A DNA stretch of 64,000 nt from Lama guanicoe (lineage: Eukaryota). The DNA lies in NCBI GenBank assembly GCA_013239625.1, contig MU054391.1:2571130-2635129 (forward strand), given 5' to 3'. Numbering within the stretch: the first letter of the stretch is position 1; every line of letters begins with the position of its first letter. The notes beneath the pieces are model-generated. The model had not been told where the DNA came from and did not search any database. It was given only the letters and a program-made list of their open reading frames with translations. Shown piece after piece: positions 22,607 to 35,720 of the stretch. A program made the translations under genes and the position numbers.

Positions 22607-25600
22607 GTGCCTCCTGAGGTGGGAAATGACCTCCTGGTTTTCATATTTCACAGATGAAAACACTCAGTGTCAGAAAATGTCGGTGAAAGATCAAGATGAT
22701 GTGCTCGGCCAGCGGCAGGAGCTTCGTGGGGGCCGGAGTCTGGGCTCCTTGAAGCGGCTTCTGAGGACGTCTGCCCGGAGGTCCCCGCGCTGAGCGGCGG
22801 GTCGCCTGGTGCTTCCGGCTCCGTCTTGCCTCCTGTGGGAGCTGTGGGCACCGAGGACTCTGCAGGGTCTGGAAGAGAAAATAAAAGGGACGATGAAAGC
22901 GGCTGAAGCCTTCGCCCACGGTGACCCTGAGCCCCCAGAACCAAAAGGCCGGTCTGAGCTCACCTCTGTCGTACGGCCTGCGCTTCGTACAGCCTGCGCT
23001 GCGTGCGCCCTCGGCTTTCGGAAATGGTCCGTGGAAAACAAAAACACGGATCCGAATTGATGCTGTTTCTACGGCTGGTAACTAATCCAAAGAGGTTAAA
23101 AATACTGTGCCCAGCAAGGCCTTGGGGTCCAGGGCTGCAGGGCTGAGGCGAGTCAGTCACAGAGTGAAGTCCGCAGCCTCGGGGAACCACCCCGGCGCCC
23201 TGCCGTCAGCCTTGCCAAGGGGACCCTGCAGTGGACAGAAGCCAAGCCGGCCCGTGTGCGGGTCCTGCAGGCCCCGCTGAGTTCTCGGGACACTTCGTGA
23301 CCTGGCTGATTCACACCTTCTCCTGCTCTGGTGACAGTGGCTGAAAGGCTAGTCCTAAGGACCAGGGAATACAGATTCCACACAGCGTCACTAAGCCAGC
23401 ATTGTCTCGCTTGAAATGAGTGACACAGATCTACAAAGAGTCATTGTCATGTAGTAACAGTGCGTATATAAAATAAAGTCTCAAACATGTACAGACAGGA
23501 CTTTATAGTTTGTAGAACAGAAGCCGTGGTGATAACGTGAGCCTGGCTGAGAGCACGACCCTGCAAGACAGCCCACACAGGCCTGACAACTCGGCCTGAG
23601 GGAGATGCCCTCTTTAGCATAAAGAAGGTATTCTGTCTTCAGTTCCGCATTGGAATTCAAATTCCAGCATTGCCAAACTTTGAAAGTTTAGGATTATTTT
23701 CAACATTCTGGTAACTTCTACTGAAATGCAAATGTCCCTGAAAGACTGAAGACTCTAAGTCACCCTATTACCACATGTGGGCAGCAATCACTGCAGAGCA
23801 CACAGAGCCACACACACATGCACACCACACACGCACACACAGATCTGGTAAATGACAAAGAAGAAGTCCGAGATTAGGAAAAAGTGTGACGTTAATGGAA
23901 CCATGCTGCCAAGAATCTATGTCCGGAGCGCTTGGTATGAAGGACTTGGCATCTAAATCAGGAAGCTGACCAGACAAAACTTGGTCCTCAAGATGCAAAA
24001 GCATGTGGCCCCATAAAGGAATGGCTGGCAGAAATGTTTTTAATTTCCCAGACATTGCAAATATGTTGGCAAATCTATAAATAATGTTTAAGAAAAGTAT
24101 TAAAAATATTCTCACGGGGGTCACTTCAGCTACCGAATACACAGGTGACACTAACAACTGATACGAAGACATGACTGCTGTTAGTCATCTTTTACTCAGT
24201 CCCCCTCTTGCAGATAGTGACACAGCAAAGGTGACAATAATTCCAGCCCCAGGATTAAACTGACAACAGCTGAACATGTTTTCTAGTAAGAGATATTTGT
24301 AATTTCGAAGTCTTACAAAAAGTAAAAGAAAAAGAGCGTAACTTTTTGCTATGTGTGCAAACACTCTGTTGTGGCATTCTGTCAGGGTCTACAAAGGCGA
24401 TGAAAATCGTAACGATGGCGGTGATGGTCATGAAAGATGAGCTGTGCCCTCTGGCGATGCTTTTTCAGGTCCCAGCTTGCAGTCGCCCTCCCCTTGCAGT
24501 GGGGATGTGTCGTCCGAGAGATCTGCAGCGACACCCTTCACAACAGATGAGCGTCCGGGCTCCTCTCACGGCAACAGCCCTGTCGGCTCTTTTTCAGAAC
24601 ATCTGCTTTTACGTTGCCCACGTTACCCTCATGGGTATGCTCTGCTGGGATGATGCAAAGGTGACAGACACTTGATCCGTGACTTTAAGAGCATGCTTTT
24701 CTTTGGGTGCTTGTAGTTTTCAAAACACCGTGTGTGCAGGAAGCAAGATTTCACGTGTACAGGAGAAAGCTGGATGGAGCTCAGAGCTAGGCAGGGGGAG
24801 CTCAGAGCCCTGGAGCAGAGTCTTCCGGGTCTGCAAGAACTGATGGCTTTATTTTAATGCCTCCTGATTCAGAACCAGACAAAAGCTGGATGTCGACTCA
24901 CACCCTAAACCCTGGGCTGTGCTCACAGGGGTGGCTGTGGCGGGTGCAGCCACAACCTTGCAGTCAAAGCAGTTCCCTGCAGACACCTGTTGTCCCCAAG
25001 CAATGGTCTCAAATCTCATGACTGACAGTGGCTGTGGCCTGACTCTCACCTGTGGGAGGTGAGGGGAACAGCTGAAGGGCAGCTGCATTCAGGAAGCTCT
25101 ACAGAAGCAGAAGCAGGTGTAGAAAGGTTAGAGAGGCTTTTTTTTTTTTTCCTGCTCAGAAGGAGTGATTTGATCAGCCATCCAGAAGCGGAGCAGAGGT
25201 TCAGCCTCACCTACTCACATGTCCTGGACGTGACGGACAGATGACAAATGTGCCCTGGTGCCGTGGGGATTGAAATGAAGAACTTATTTCTGGGGCTTCT
25301 GGGTTATTGATGGCTGTATTTCTAGAGAAAAACTCCCTCTTAACTCTGTCTGGCTTTCTTTGTAGGAGGAAAAATTCACTGGAATAAGAAGATTTTGAAA
25401 GTGAGGACGTGAAATTAAAAGGAAATTTAAAACGCAGCATCGCCGTACAGAAGGGGACGAATGGCGTTATGCCTTGACTATTTTTTTTATTAAAATTAAA
25501 AGAGGCACTATTTTTTAAGATGAAAAAACTAAACCTTTAGCAATAATACAAATATTAAAAAAAAAGTGATAGAAGTTCTGGTAGATTCAAAAAAGATTGT

Positions 25601-26022
25601 GTATTTTCTGGGCACCTTCCTTTCAGTAAGTCTGAGTAAGCCACTGAGCATTCCTCCAGGGGGCTGATTTCTCCTCAGGTAACATGTGAGGCCAGTTCTG
25701 CACTGTTTCCTCAGGAAATGTAAGGTTAACCATCCTCCAATAAATTCAGATTTCAGGAATAATATGCTCACATTTCTCAGGATCAGGAGAGTCCTGTAAA
25801 CTTCTAAACTAGCTGAATTTTTTTCTAGCTGTCAGTTATTTAAGAAGTTGATTTTCCGTGGAAGTTGCTTTCTCATCATTTCATTTTAGGCTGCCAAGAG
25901 AAGCTACGGAAAGATCCAGGGTGAGGTGGCCTTCATTGCTTCTGAATTTTCATGCTCCATGGACACTTACAGAGTAAGAACATTTTAAGCATGGACTATG
26001 CCTTGGGAATAACTCAGCTCTC

Positions 26023-26194
26023 CAAGTTTCTTCTGTAGAGCACGGAGAACTACATTCAATGTCTTGTAATAACCTTTAATGAAAAAGAGTATGAAAACAA
26101 ATCTGTGCATGTATATGCAGGACGGGGACACTGTGCTGTGCACCAGACATTGACACAGTGTAGCTGACGGTGCTTCAATTAAAAAAAAAAAAAA
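26023..26194 (+). mobile_element. Camelid-type L1 3' tail
   Basis: gtttcttctgtagagcacggagaactacattcaatgtcttgtaataacctttaatgaaaaaga...gtgcaccagacattgacaca...cttcaatt followed by poly(A). Confidence 0.88.
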
Positions 26195-26810
26195 GGCCAA
26201 ATAAGCAGCTTCTCAGGAAATCTAGAGCTCTGTCACTCACAGGTGAGCATCAGTGAAATAAATCAATATCTTAAAGACGGAATTATAAACTCGGTGTAAA
26301 AGAAAAGGAAGGAACCTCTCAGCCCGTCCCTCATTTATAGTGACAGCACAATCCACACTCAGAATGAGCAGCTCCCCATCCCCGCCCTAATCACTACCAG
26401 ATGCGCTTTTGGAGCATGCAATGTTTCAACTCCCAGCATAGCCTGTCTGAGTCTTGAGATGGAGAATTGTTCCTTTTTACTACTGTGCAGTGTGTACGTC
26501 TGAAACGTCTTGTTTTACTACAAAAACGTGACTTTGCTTCAAGCTGGTCCTACTCTGGTGACACAAATGTAAGGGAATATTTCATGTGATGTTGCTGGGG
26601 AAGCAAATGTGACCGTTACAAATAAATAAATAACATTTGTTGATTTTTTTATCTTCTGTTTTGCCAATGCTCTGAGTGATCTCATAGAAGGCATTTTTTT
26701 GTGTGTGTGTGAGTAACCACAGTCTTTAACTTTAGCTACTTTAATACTTGGAAACATTTTCCTCACCTTTTCCCTGGGTAGCAAATTAAAATAAAGGACT
26801 ATTACTATTG

Positions 26811-27049
26811 TTTTTTTTAAACTGAAGCACCGTCAGTTACAATGTGTCACTCTCTGGTATACAGCACAGTGTTCCAGTCCTGCATATACATACATATATT
26901 TGTTTTCATATTCATTTTCCATTAAAGGTTATTATAAGATATTGAACAGAGTTCTCCTCTACAGAAGAAATTCGTTTTTTATCTATGTTTATATATAGTG
27001 GCTATCATTTGCAAATTTCAAACTCCCAAATTTATCCCTTCCCACCCCT
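26811..27049 (-). mobile_element. Camelid-type L1 3'UTR
   Basis: ctgaagcaccgtcagttacaatgtgtcactctctggt...attaaaggttattataagatattgaa...caaactcccaaatttatcccttcccacc. Confidence 0.88.
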
Positions 27050-27554
27050 TGCTTTTTAGTTTAGAAGTATTTCATCTTTTTCTCAAATAAAATGCACTCA
27101 CATTATTTTCTGCAATAATCTCAGATTTATAACTGATGCAGTCTCCAATTTTTATTAATTTTGGATTCTCACAGTGTGCAGCAGGCTCATATTTTAATCA
27201 CAAGGCACGCATGAATCCTTCAGCTCGGTTCTGGGGTTAGGACTTTCATTCATTAGAGCAGGCCAGCATGATTTAATGATGTTTCATGGTTTCTGCACGG
27301 TTTCAGCAGTTTCACGGGCTGATCCTTCTGCAAACAGAAAGCCAGCTTCGGAGTTTACATACAGCCGCGGAAGGTCACTCGGCTTTTCTTTCTTTCTTTC
27401 TTTCTTTTTTTTCCCCCTTCCTTAGGAGAAGAACCTGTTTATTGTTTTATTCTGTAACATTTAACCAGCCCCCAAGAATAATTTCAGCGGAAACACGCAC
27501 AGGGTGAACACCAAAACAAATGCCCACACCCTGGGAGCTGAAAGGAAGTCCTCC

Positions 27555-28140
27555 TGCGGATCTCGGGGGGTTGCACCCCTCCCCGCTCCTGATGCATCTG
27601 CCCCGCTCCCCTCGCCCCACTCCCATCGCGCAGCCGCAGACTCGCGCCCCGCCCCGCGCCCGCGCCGCCTGGGCCAGACCCGCGTGTCTGATGCGGGCAC
27701 GGCGAGCCGTCGGAGGCTGACGGGCACGTCACCTGTCACCGCCCAGGGGCCCTCCCGCGTCTCCGGGTTCACGCAGGATTTATTTTAGGCGCGCACATTT
27801 CTCATCTGTGAGCTTCACATCGCATGCACAGTGAGAAACAGCACCTCTGCAGGAAAAAGCTCTCCGGGTCGTTCTAGATGTAAGTCAGCGGAGGGGAGCG
27901 GGAAGGACTGAGTAATGAGATGCGTTTTCCCGGGAATCCAGAGACACGGCTTGTCGCCAGAGCAGCTGCTCCGGCCTCTCTCCGTTCACGATGAGAGCTG
28001 TCAAACTGGATGCAGGCTTCTCTTCGCCCCGGAAAGGGCTGGCTTTCCTTAACAGGGTTCTTCTCTGCCGGTCTGCTCGCCGCGGGCACACATGCTGCTG
28101 TAAGTGTGCACCCTCCGACGCTGACCTTTAAGCGTGTGCT
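27555..28140. promoter_or_regulatory. CpG-rich island with GC boxes; candidate promoter or enhancer
   Basis: Dense CpG (cgcgccccgccccgcgcccgcgccgcc), Sp1-type boxes, palindrome TTCCCGGGAA at 27927-27936. Confidence 0.45.
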
Positions 28141-29924
28141 CTCCAAGCTTCACCAGGTTAGGGAAGCCAAATCGCACAAGTTAAAAACTCGAGGCTTCTA
28201 AATCATCAAAGAGCACGTGTCAGCAACGCGCTTTGGTGACTTTAACAGTCTGCCTCGTGATGCCAGGACGACATCCGTTTACTCATATCTACATGCATTA
28301 GAGGACAAAACCTGCCCGTACTGGATGCTGAATAGGCCACTTTTCTTATGTGTCCCTCTGACGGTTTTAATTATCGCAAATGCACAAGACTAGCATCTTA
28401 CAGGTCAGTGGGGACGCGAGATCCGGCTCACCAGCAGGAAACACAGGTGGGCCTTCAGTGAAGTGTTTCTTTCCTCTGACACCTTCAGCAATAAAGTAGG
28501 GGAGGGGAGAGGCATCGCCAGTCAGGCTTCAGGTGTATTCACCAACCCGAGCACCTAGACATAAACGTGAGTTCCTAGAAGGAACTGATTCAGGAACCTC
28601 CCAGAGAAGTCACCCAACACCAAATGGGATGGTCCAGCATGAAGAAGGCAGGCATCAGGCTGTCACATCTCTGTTGTGCACACATTACACACACACACAC
28701 ACAAGTGTGGGTATGAGTAAACACAGACACAGAGCATCTTAAAGCATTTGGACATCACATCCTATAAATAGCCACCAGGAGCATTCAGCGTTGGGACTGC
28801 CTGGGGGGAAGGGCATGAAGGGCAAAGTCATTTTTGGATTCAGATGCCAGGTGCAGTGCAGCTGCATGGTGTTTCCAGATCCGTATGCAAAGCAGGACCA
28901 CCTGCTCGTAGGGGGACACAGCCTTCCAAGTCTTAGTCTCATCTGAATACTGACTTTCCATGCTGCCTTTTGCAGGGAACGTTCATATCAGGGACTACGA
29001 CTGGACAGTTCACCCAGAGCCTGGCTCTGCGATTCAGTGTGCTGATGGGGGAAAACCATCTCCTGTTATCTCGGGCAATCCTCGAGGCTGAAATCAGTGC
29101 CAGAGCTTCCCTTGAGTCGAGGTTCACCCTGCGCTCAAAATAACAGCTTTCCCTTCTCCCTCATGCGAGTCGCTGGAACATGAGCCTGGGATTCTTGTAT
29201 GAATATTCCCGCACGAACGTGTTGCTGGCAGCGAAACATGCGGTTCGTAACCAGAAGACTGCGAGTCCCTCGTGAAAAGGGAGGGGAGGAAACATTTCAT
29301 CTCAGTTAAAAAAAGAAAGAAAGAAATGCAATTTCTTGCTCTAAAAGGTTGACTTGAATACTGGGAATAGAAATGACTCTTAATCCAAAAGGCAGTTCTC
29401 CATGGTCTGAGTCATTTCCCCAACATAAATGAGAGAAATTTTTCTTTAGATTGGAAATCATTTCAATTTCAATTAATGTTAGCTCAGAAACAAACCTGGC
29501 TTATATCTAAAATAAGAGTGAAATAGAGATCGTCCTTCAAATGCAAGCTTGGAACTTGTATTATAGAAAATGTGTGTTTAGACTCGGCAGGGCTCCCTAA
29601 TTCTCTCAGTAATTAGATGTCGAGACATCTAGCCCTTTGTCCAGTCGGTAGGCAGCAGTTCCATCAGTCAGACACAACGTGGAGATAATGGGGAGGATCC
29701 AAGCCTCCACGATGGACCTTGTGAATCTAACTCACTTTGCCCTCTTAGTGTGTTGGTTTGTGATGAACCAGCCCTCTGAAAGAGTGCCTGAGGAACAAGG
29801 TTATTTCCAGGATCGCCAAGATTTCTATTAGAGGTGGTTTGCTTCCAGAATCTCAAATTTAAAGGAAAGAAAAGAAAAGAAATGATCCTCCCCTCCTTAA
29901 GTATTTATTAAGTGAGAGGATATT

Positions 29925-30032
29925 AAGTAAAACTATCAAAGTATCATGTTCCTACCACGTGCCAGGCTCTGTCTGATGTTTTCCCAGATGAATTTCCTAC
30001 TTTAATCTTTACAACAGACCCAGAAGGCTGAG
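29925..30032 (-). mobile_element. MIR fragment
   Basis: cctaccacgtgccaggctctg...tttaatctttacaacagaccc. Confidence 0.55.
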
Positions 30033-31775
30033 GTTTAGACCTAGGTCTGCCTCTAAATGGGAGATCTCTGGAAAAACCACTCCTTAACTTTCTGCAAATA
30101 AATGTATGAAGTGCCCCTACTAGACACTCTTCGTAAAGTGAAAACAACATGGAATAAGATGAACAGTGTCTCACTTTTTGGGCAAAATCTCAAGACCTTA
30201 AGACCAAGTCTATTAAACATGTTAAATCTTTATCCATTTATAGCCAGATCTTAGAAAAAGATCAGAAATGCCCAAGAACATTAACAATAAAAACAACAAC
30301 AGAGTGCTGTGTTCTGTGTTTATAATGGAGTGGATGGCAGCAGAGACGAACTCTCACAGACAGAAAAATGTATTATAAATGTATATTCTTTAAGTCATCA
30401 CTTGGCACTAATACATAAAAGGAAAAACATAGAGATGAACCAAGACTGATTGTTCAGACAGAATCCCACGTGCAGATTAAGGCTTAGCAGGTCTTTCTGT
30501 GTAAAAGTGAAAGCACACATTGTCTGATAAGACACGCTGGAAGGCACGGGGGCTTCCTGCAGGAAAAGGTAGCTGGACCGGTGGCTCTAACTGTAAGATG
30601 TAAAACTCCAAAGGCGCTTCAGGAAAGGGTGGATTTAAATTTAAGCATAACCTTAGAGTAGGGGAAGCCTTTCTAAATAAGACCAAAACAGCATGGAAAT
30701 GAATGAGAAACTGTATAAAATTGTATCAACAAAACATAAAACAAGCAACAGCATCATGAAGAGAAATTTAATTTGCATGATGTAGAGGGAGAACATAGAG
30801 GCAAGAAAAAAGGGCTCCCTCTGTACCCCCAGCCCAGTGAGTGTGCACCCCGGGGAGGACGTGCTCTGACTAGGGGCCGCCCTTGGTGAAAAGGCTGACA
30901 GCCTCTCTCCCAAACTGTGTGTCTACTGAGCTGCAGGCATGCAGGCAGGCAGCCATCGTATGCTCTAGAGTTTTCCAGTTTTCAAAAGCACTTCATTTTA
31001 AGTAAAAAAGTAATGCGCTATGGAAGACTCTCCTAGTTGCCACCACCCCCAACGCCCCTTCCCTTGCTAGCAGAGTCTGCTTCCCACGGTAGATCCTGGA
31101 AATACCCATCTTCATTTTCCAACTCTTGCTTGAGCAAAGAAATCTAAAATATGGAAGGAATACTGCTGGGGGGGCTTCTGGGCTCAGGATTGTGTAGAAG
31201 CTGTATGGTTTTAAAAATGAATCTCTGGGGAAATGAAAGCCATTGACAGCTTTGGGCAGTGGAGTGAGTGGATGGACATGAATTTCTATCCCGGGGTAAT
31301 TGTCTGAAGAATTCCCCTGGGGAGGCGGGGAAGACAGGGAACTGGGGGCCAGAGTTTAAGAAGCTTTCAGGTCCAGCCCAGGGGAGCCTGTGGGACCTGC
31401 TGGGCGAGGGGCTGGTGGCCCAGATAAGAGCTCTGGGTACCACCAGCTCTTACGTCACAGCCAAAATCTTTGCACAAATGAGACCCTGTAGGACAGGACT
31501 AAGGGAGCAGGAGGAAGTGCTGACTTCTGAAGTTTGAGGCGCGGTGCACCCTGGAAGCCAGGAGCAGTGAAGAAGAGATTAGCAGCAACAGGAAGAGAAG
31601 GGAAAGGGCCAAGAGAGGAGCAAGCCAAGCACGGAACTGGGGAGGCCAACAGGCAGCCAGGCTGGCCTCACGCCGCTCTGTCGGAACGCATGTCGCCCTT
31701 CTGCTTCCTGGCAAACTGTAATTCACCCTTCCAGGGTTGTCCTGCAAAGCAGTTCTGTGAATGCGTCCCTAAACC

Positions 31776-32345
31776 TACTCAAAGACATACGCACCCCAGT
31801 GTTCACAGGAGCACTGTTTACAATAGAAGCACCTAAATGTCCTCAACAGGTGACTGGATGGAGAAGCTGTGGTACGTATACACCATGGAGTACTACTCAG
31901 CCATAGAAAAGAACGAAATCGTGCCATTTGCAACAACATGGATGGACCTGGAGATCGTCATACTAGGTGAAGTCAGTCAGACAGAGGAAGATAAATATGT
32001 GATGTCACTTATATGTGGACTCTAAAGAAAAAAGATACAAACTGTATTTACAAACCAAAACAGACTCACAGGCATACAAAACAAACTATGGTTACCAAGG
32101 GGAAAGGGCGGGGAGGGATAAATTAGGTAGGAGTTTGGGATCTGCAGATACAAACTACTATATATAAAATAAACAAACAACAAGGCCCTACTGTGTAACA
32201 CAGGGAACTATATTCAGTATCTTGTAATAATACATAATGGAAAAGAACTTGAAAAGAAAATATACGTGTATGTATATTTATAACTGGATCATGATGTTGT
32301 ACACCTGAAACTAGCATCGTGAATCAGCTCTACTTCAAAATTTAA
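31776..32345 (+). mobile_element. 5'-truncated L1 (ORF2 C-terminus plus 3'UTR)
   Basis: ORF 31837-32025 DWMEKLWYVYTMEYYSAIEKNEIVPFATTWMDLEIVILGEVSQTEEDKY is the canonical L1 ORF2p C-terminus, followed by a cetartiodactyl-type 3'UTR. Confidence 0.95.
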
Positions 32346-33335
32346 AAAGTTTAGTATAAAAAAGGAAGTTGCTCCCTGGCCTGTGCTTCTGTGCCATTTT
32401 GTACACACATCTGCTGAAACAGTACACCTTGAGTTTGATGTCCTTGTGACGTGTGTCCATTTGTGCTATCGATTGTGAGTTTCCTGAAGCCAGGTAAGAC
32501 TGTCTTACTTATTCCTCTATACTCAGTCACCAAATCAGACACTCAATGAGCTTGTATTGATTCAGGGCATTTATTAAATTTCACATCCACACTTTGTCCC
32601 CACCACCTAACACATCGTACATCCTTGGAATCTGAGCTCTGTGATTTCCCATGTTCTCGTGATTGATGGCAGGTGACGTAAATGTATCATCATGAATGAT
32701 ACACAGGGACACTTCTATCTGAAACGTACGGCCCTGTCATTTACTTCTCCCGAGGGAATTTAGCCATGCTCTTTCTTTCTTCTCTCTAAGTTTAAGTGAA
32801 ATTCAGTGTAGATTCTGTCCTTCACGTATGGTGACACACATCCAAGAATTTCTCCGGAGGCAAACTAGAGATTGACCAAACATCGTCGATGAGTGAACGT
32901 CAGTAAATGGATTGAACACCTGTCCACTAGCTCTGTGTGCAACATGAGGCTAGGAAAATACAAAGTTAAAACGACTTTGTAAAAACAAATACAAAAATGA
33001 ATCTGAGTCTGGGGACATTTCCAAACACTAGAAACTATTTAATTAGGAAAACAGTTTCCTAGAAGGAGTGAAGATATTTTGAAGATATTTTAAGGTTCTT
33101 TAAAATGTGCTTGTCAAAGCCAGAGCCAGTGAACCATCTCGCCGATTCAGGTGCAAGTGAGGTGACGGAGACCGCGGGCAGACCTCCTGGCCGTCCGGTT
33201 TGGTCGCCGCTCCCTGCGCATGCGGTAGTCAAAGGAGCAAGATGGCAAGGGTGATGTTGGCTTCCTCCGTGTCCACTGTGTGAGCAGGAGGATGAGGTGT
33301 GTGGTGATCAGAGGGAAAGAAAACAGGAGCCTGTG

Positions 33336-33447
33336 TTTAAGAAAAGAATATGAAAAAAATACATGTATTTACGTGCGTGACCGGGACATTGTGCTGGACA
33401 CCAGAAACTGACACATGGTAACTGACTGTACTTCAATTAAAAAAAAA
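33336..33447 (+). mobile_element. Short camelid-type L1 3' tail
   Basis: aaaagaatatgaaaa...gggacattgtgctggacaccagaaactgacacatggtaactgactgtacttcaatt followed by poly(A). Confidence 0.88.
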
Positions 33448-34435
33448 GGTGAATCTGCTAAGTAAAAGTTAACTCTCATTTATTTAAATGAATTCCTTTA
33501 AAAAAAACTTTCTCAGTTCCTTGGTTTTAGGGCAGCAGTTGTAAAGGGTGTGAGTGGACAGATTGCAAAACACCATCAGAACCGGCAACGTGACAGATGT
33601 CCAGTACTTGACAGAGCTGGAGTGCCCAAATTATTCTCAGATTACCCTGCACAGCGCAAGCAATAAAACAGAGTAATGACTCAAGCTCCGTTATGTGTTC
33701 ATCTTATGCTGAGTCTCAAAGTTCATAAACCTTGTGCTGATAGATGTAAATCGTCTCAGACAATTAGTTCCAATTGTCTGATAGCAAATTCAAACTCTCT
33801 GCAGTTTAATAATCAGCAAGCCTTGGAACTCGGAGGGAAGAGAAGTCAGGGGAAGAAACGGCGGTGCTGCTTGGGGGCCGATGTGTAACGACCAGACTGT
33901 GCCAGAAAAGCAGTGCTAGAAATACAAACCTGCAGCCCAGGCTGTGTCACGACAACCAAATGCTACAAATCAGAGAGAGCCATGCAGCCCTTACATGCAC
34001 TGTCGGATGATAGTAAAATCCTTGCATTAAGTCAGCACAGATGTTTTTGTTTTCTTCCATGAATGCCTCACTCAGGATCCTTCCAGTAAGTAGAAGACGC
34101 TCTTTGGAAGATAAGCCGCTTCTGCTGGTCTCTGGAACCCGTGAAACATACAGAAACGAAAGGTCTGTGTGTCTCTACGATGGTTCATTGTGACCCTACG
34201 TGCAGATGCTGCCCGCAGTGCTCTTGCACTGACCAAAACTGATCCGTGCATCAGGTGCGCAGGCTCGTTTATGAGTGGCTCATGTCGTCACAGCGTTTTA
34301 GATGAGGAAAACACTTTGGATCTGGTTTGACCTAAGGATCTATTTTATAGAAGCAGACAAAGGTGGCCTGAAGGAGGTTTAGGGTTCAGGAGGCAATGCT
34401 TAGGGTAAACCCATATCTAAACCCTAGGCTCAGAT

Positions 34436-35079
34436 GTGGCAGCACCTAAATGCCCATCGACAGAGGACTGGATAGAGAAGCCACAGTATATTTGTGCAAT
34501 GGAGTACTACTCAGCCATAATAAAGAACATAACGCCATATGCAGCAGCATGGATGGACCTGGAGTTTGTCATTCTAAGTGAAGTAAGTCAGGAAAAGAAA
34601 GAAAAGTACCATATGCTATCAGTCCTACGTGGAACCTTAAAAAAAAAAAAGGAAAAAGAGGACACTAATGAACTCATCTATAAAAGACACAGATTTGAAG
34701 ACATAATAAACAATTTTATGGTTACTGGGGAAAGAGGGTGGGAAGAGATAAATCTGGAAGTTTCAGATTTGCAAATGTTAACCACTGTTTATAAAAATTG
34801 GTAAAAAACAAATTTCTTTTGTACAGCACAGGGAACTATATTCAATATCTTGTAATATCCTTTAACAAAAAAGAATATGAAAATGCATATATGTATATAT
34901 ATGCATGCCTGGGACATTGTGCTGTGCACCAGAAATTGACACACTGTAACTGACTATACTTCAATAAAAAGTTTAATAAAAAAACATTTAAAACATAAAA
35001 AATATTTTTGGGGAGGAGGTAATTAGCCTTAAAAAATAAAAATTAAAAGATGCTAATGTGGAAAAAGAAAAAAAAAAAA
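34436..35079 (+). mobile_element. 5'-truncated camelid-type L1 (ORF2 C-terminus, 3'UTR and complex A-rich tail)
   Basis: ORF 34436-34804 PKCPSTEDWIEK..MEYYSAI..AAAWMDLEFVILSEVSQEKKEKYHM is the L1 ORF2p end; the 3'UTR ends at about 34968. Confidence 0.95.
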
Positions 35080-35397
35080 GCAAATCCTAAGCTGGTCTCC
35101 TTCCACATGTGTGCATTCACAGGATTGAAAAAATAAAATCAACCCATTAGTGCGCTGGACTGGGCTTACTAGATACAGTAAAGAACAGAAAGTGGAGAAG
35201 TGATCTCGGCCACAAGAATTATTATAGCACCTAAGTTTACAAGTGCCCTAAGAGGTCATCCATTCCAACCCCCATTTTCTGTATAGCTGATACATAGTCA
35301 CGCACACACTCCCGTGTGCGTGCACACACACGTTCTCCAACAGACACGTGATGTTTAAGCCCTCCTCATCGCCACGAGCTAGCTTATTCTGAGCGCC

Positions 35398-35720
35398 TTC
35401 AGTGATGGGAAATTGATTTCCTCCGGAGACCGCCTGGTCCCATTTGAGAAGCTCTAACTATTGGAAAATTCATTTCACTGGGGCAAACTCTGTCCCTCTC
35501 TAGGCAGAGCCCGGGAGGACTTGCCAACCCCATGCCTGCGACAGCCTTCACGCGTGTGAAGACAGCTCCCCTGCATCCCAGAACCTTCTGTTCTCCAGGG
35601 CAGACCTCTCGGATGCCGCAGCCTTCGTACAGCATGTCGGCTCTTGCCTGGATGCACCCAGTTCTCCTGTGTTCTGACACTGCGGCCGCCGGGAAGGAGG
35701 GCAAAACTCCAGGTGAGCAT
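35398..35720 (-). mobile_element. L3/CR1 LINE fragment
   Basis: cagtgatggga...ccatttgagaagctctaactattggaaaattc...gacagccttc...tgaagacagct...ttctccagggc...actccaggtg. Confidence 0.72.

Noticed and set aside
31837..32025. ORF as a host gene (also 34436-34804)
   Set aside because: It is the L1 ORF2p C-terminus
33071..33093. Tandem duplication gaagatatttt x2 (similar: accatctgaact x2 at about 43592-43619, gtgagttgtg x2 at about 6728-6748, ggagctcagagc x2 at about 24776-24808)
   Set aside because: Ordinary two-copy slippage duplications, not arrays
34378..34427. Telomere-like TTAGGG words and a short inverted repeat
   Set aside because: Only two or three isolated hexamers, not tandem; compatible with chance
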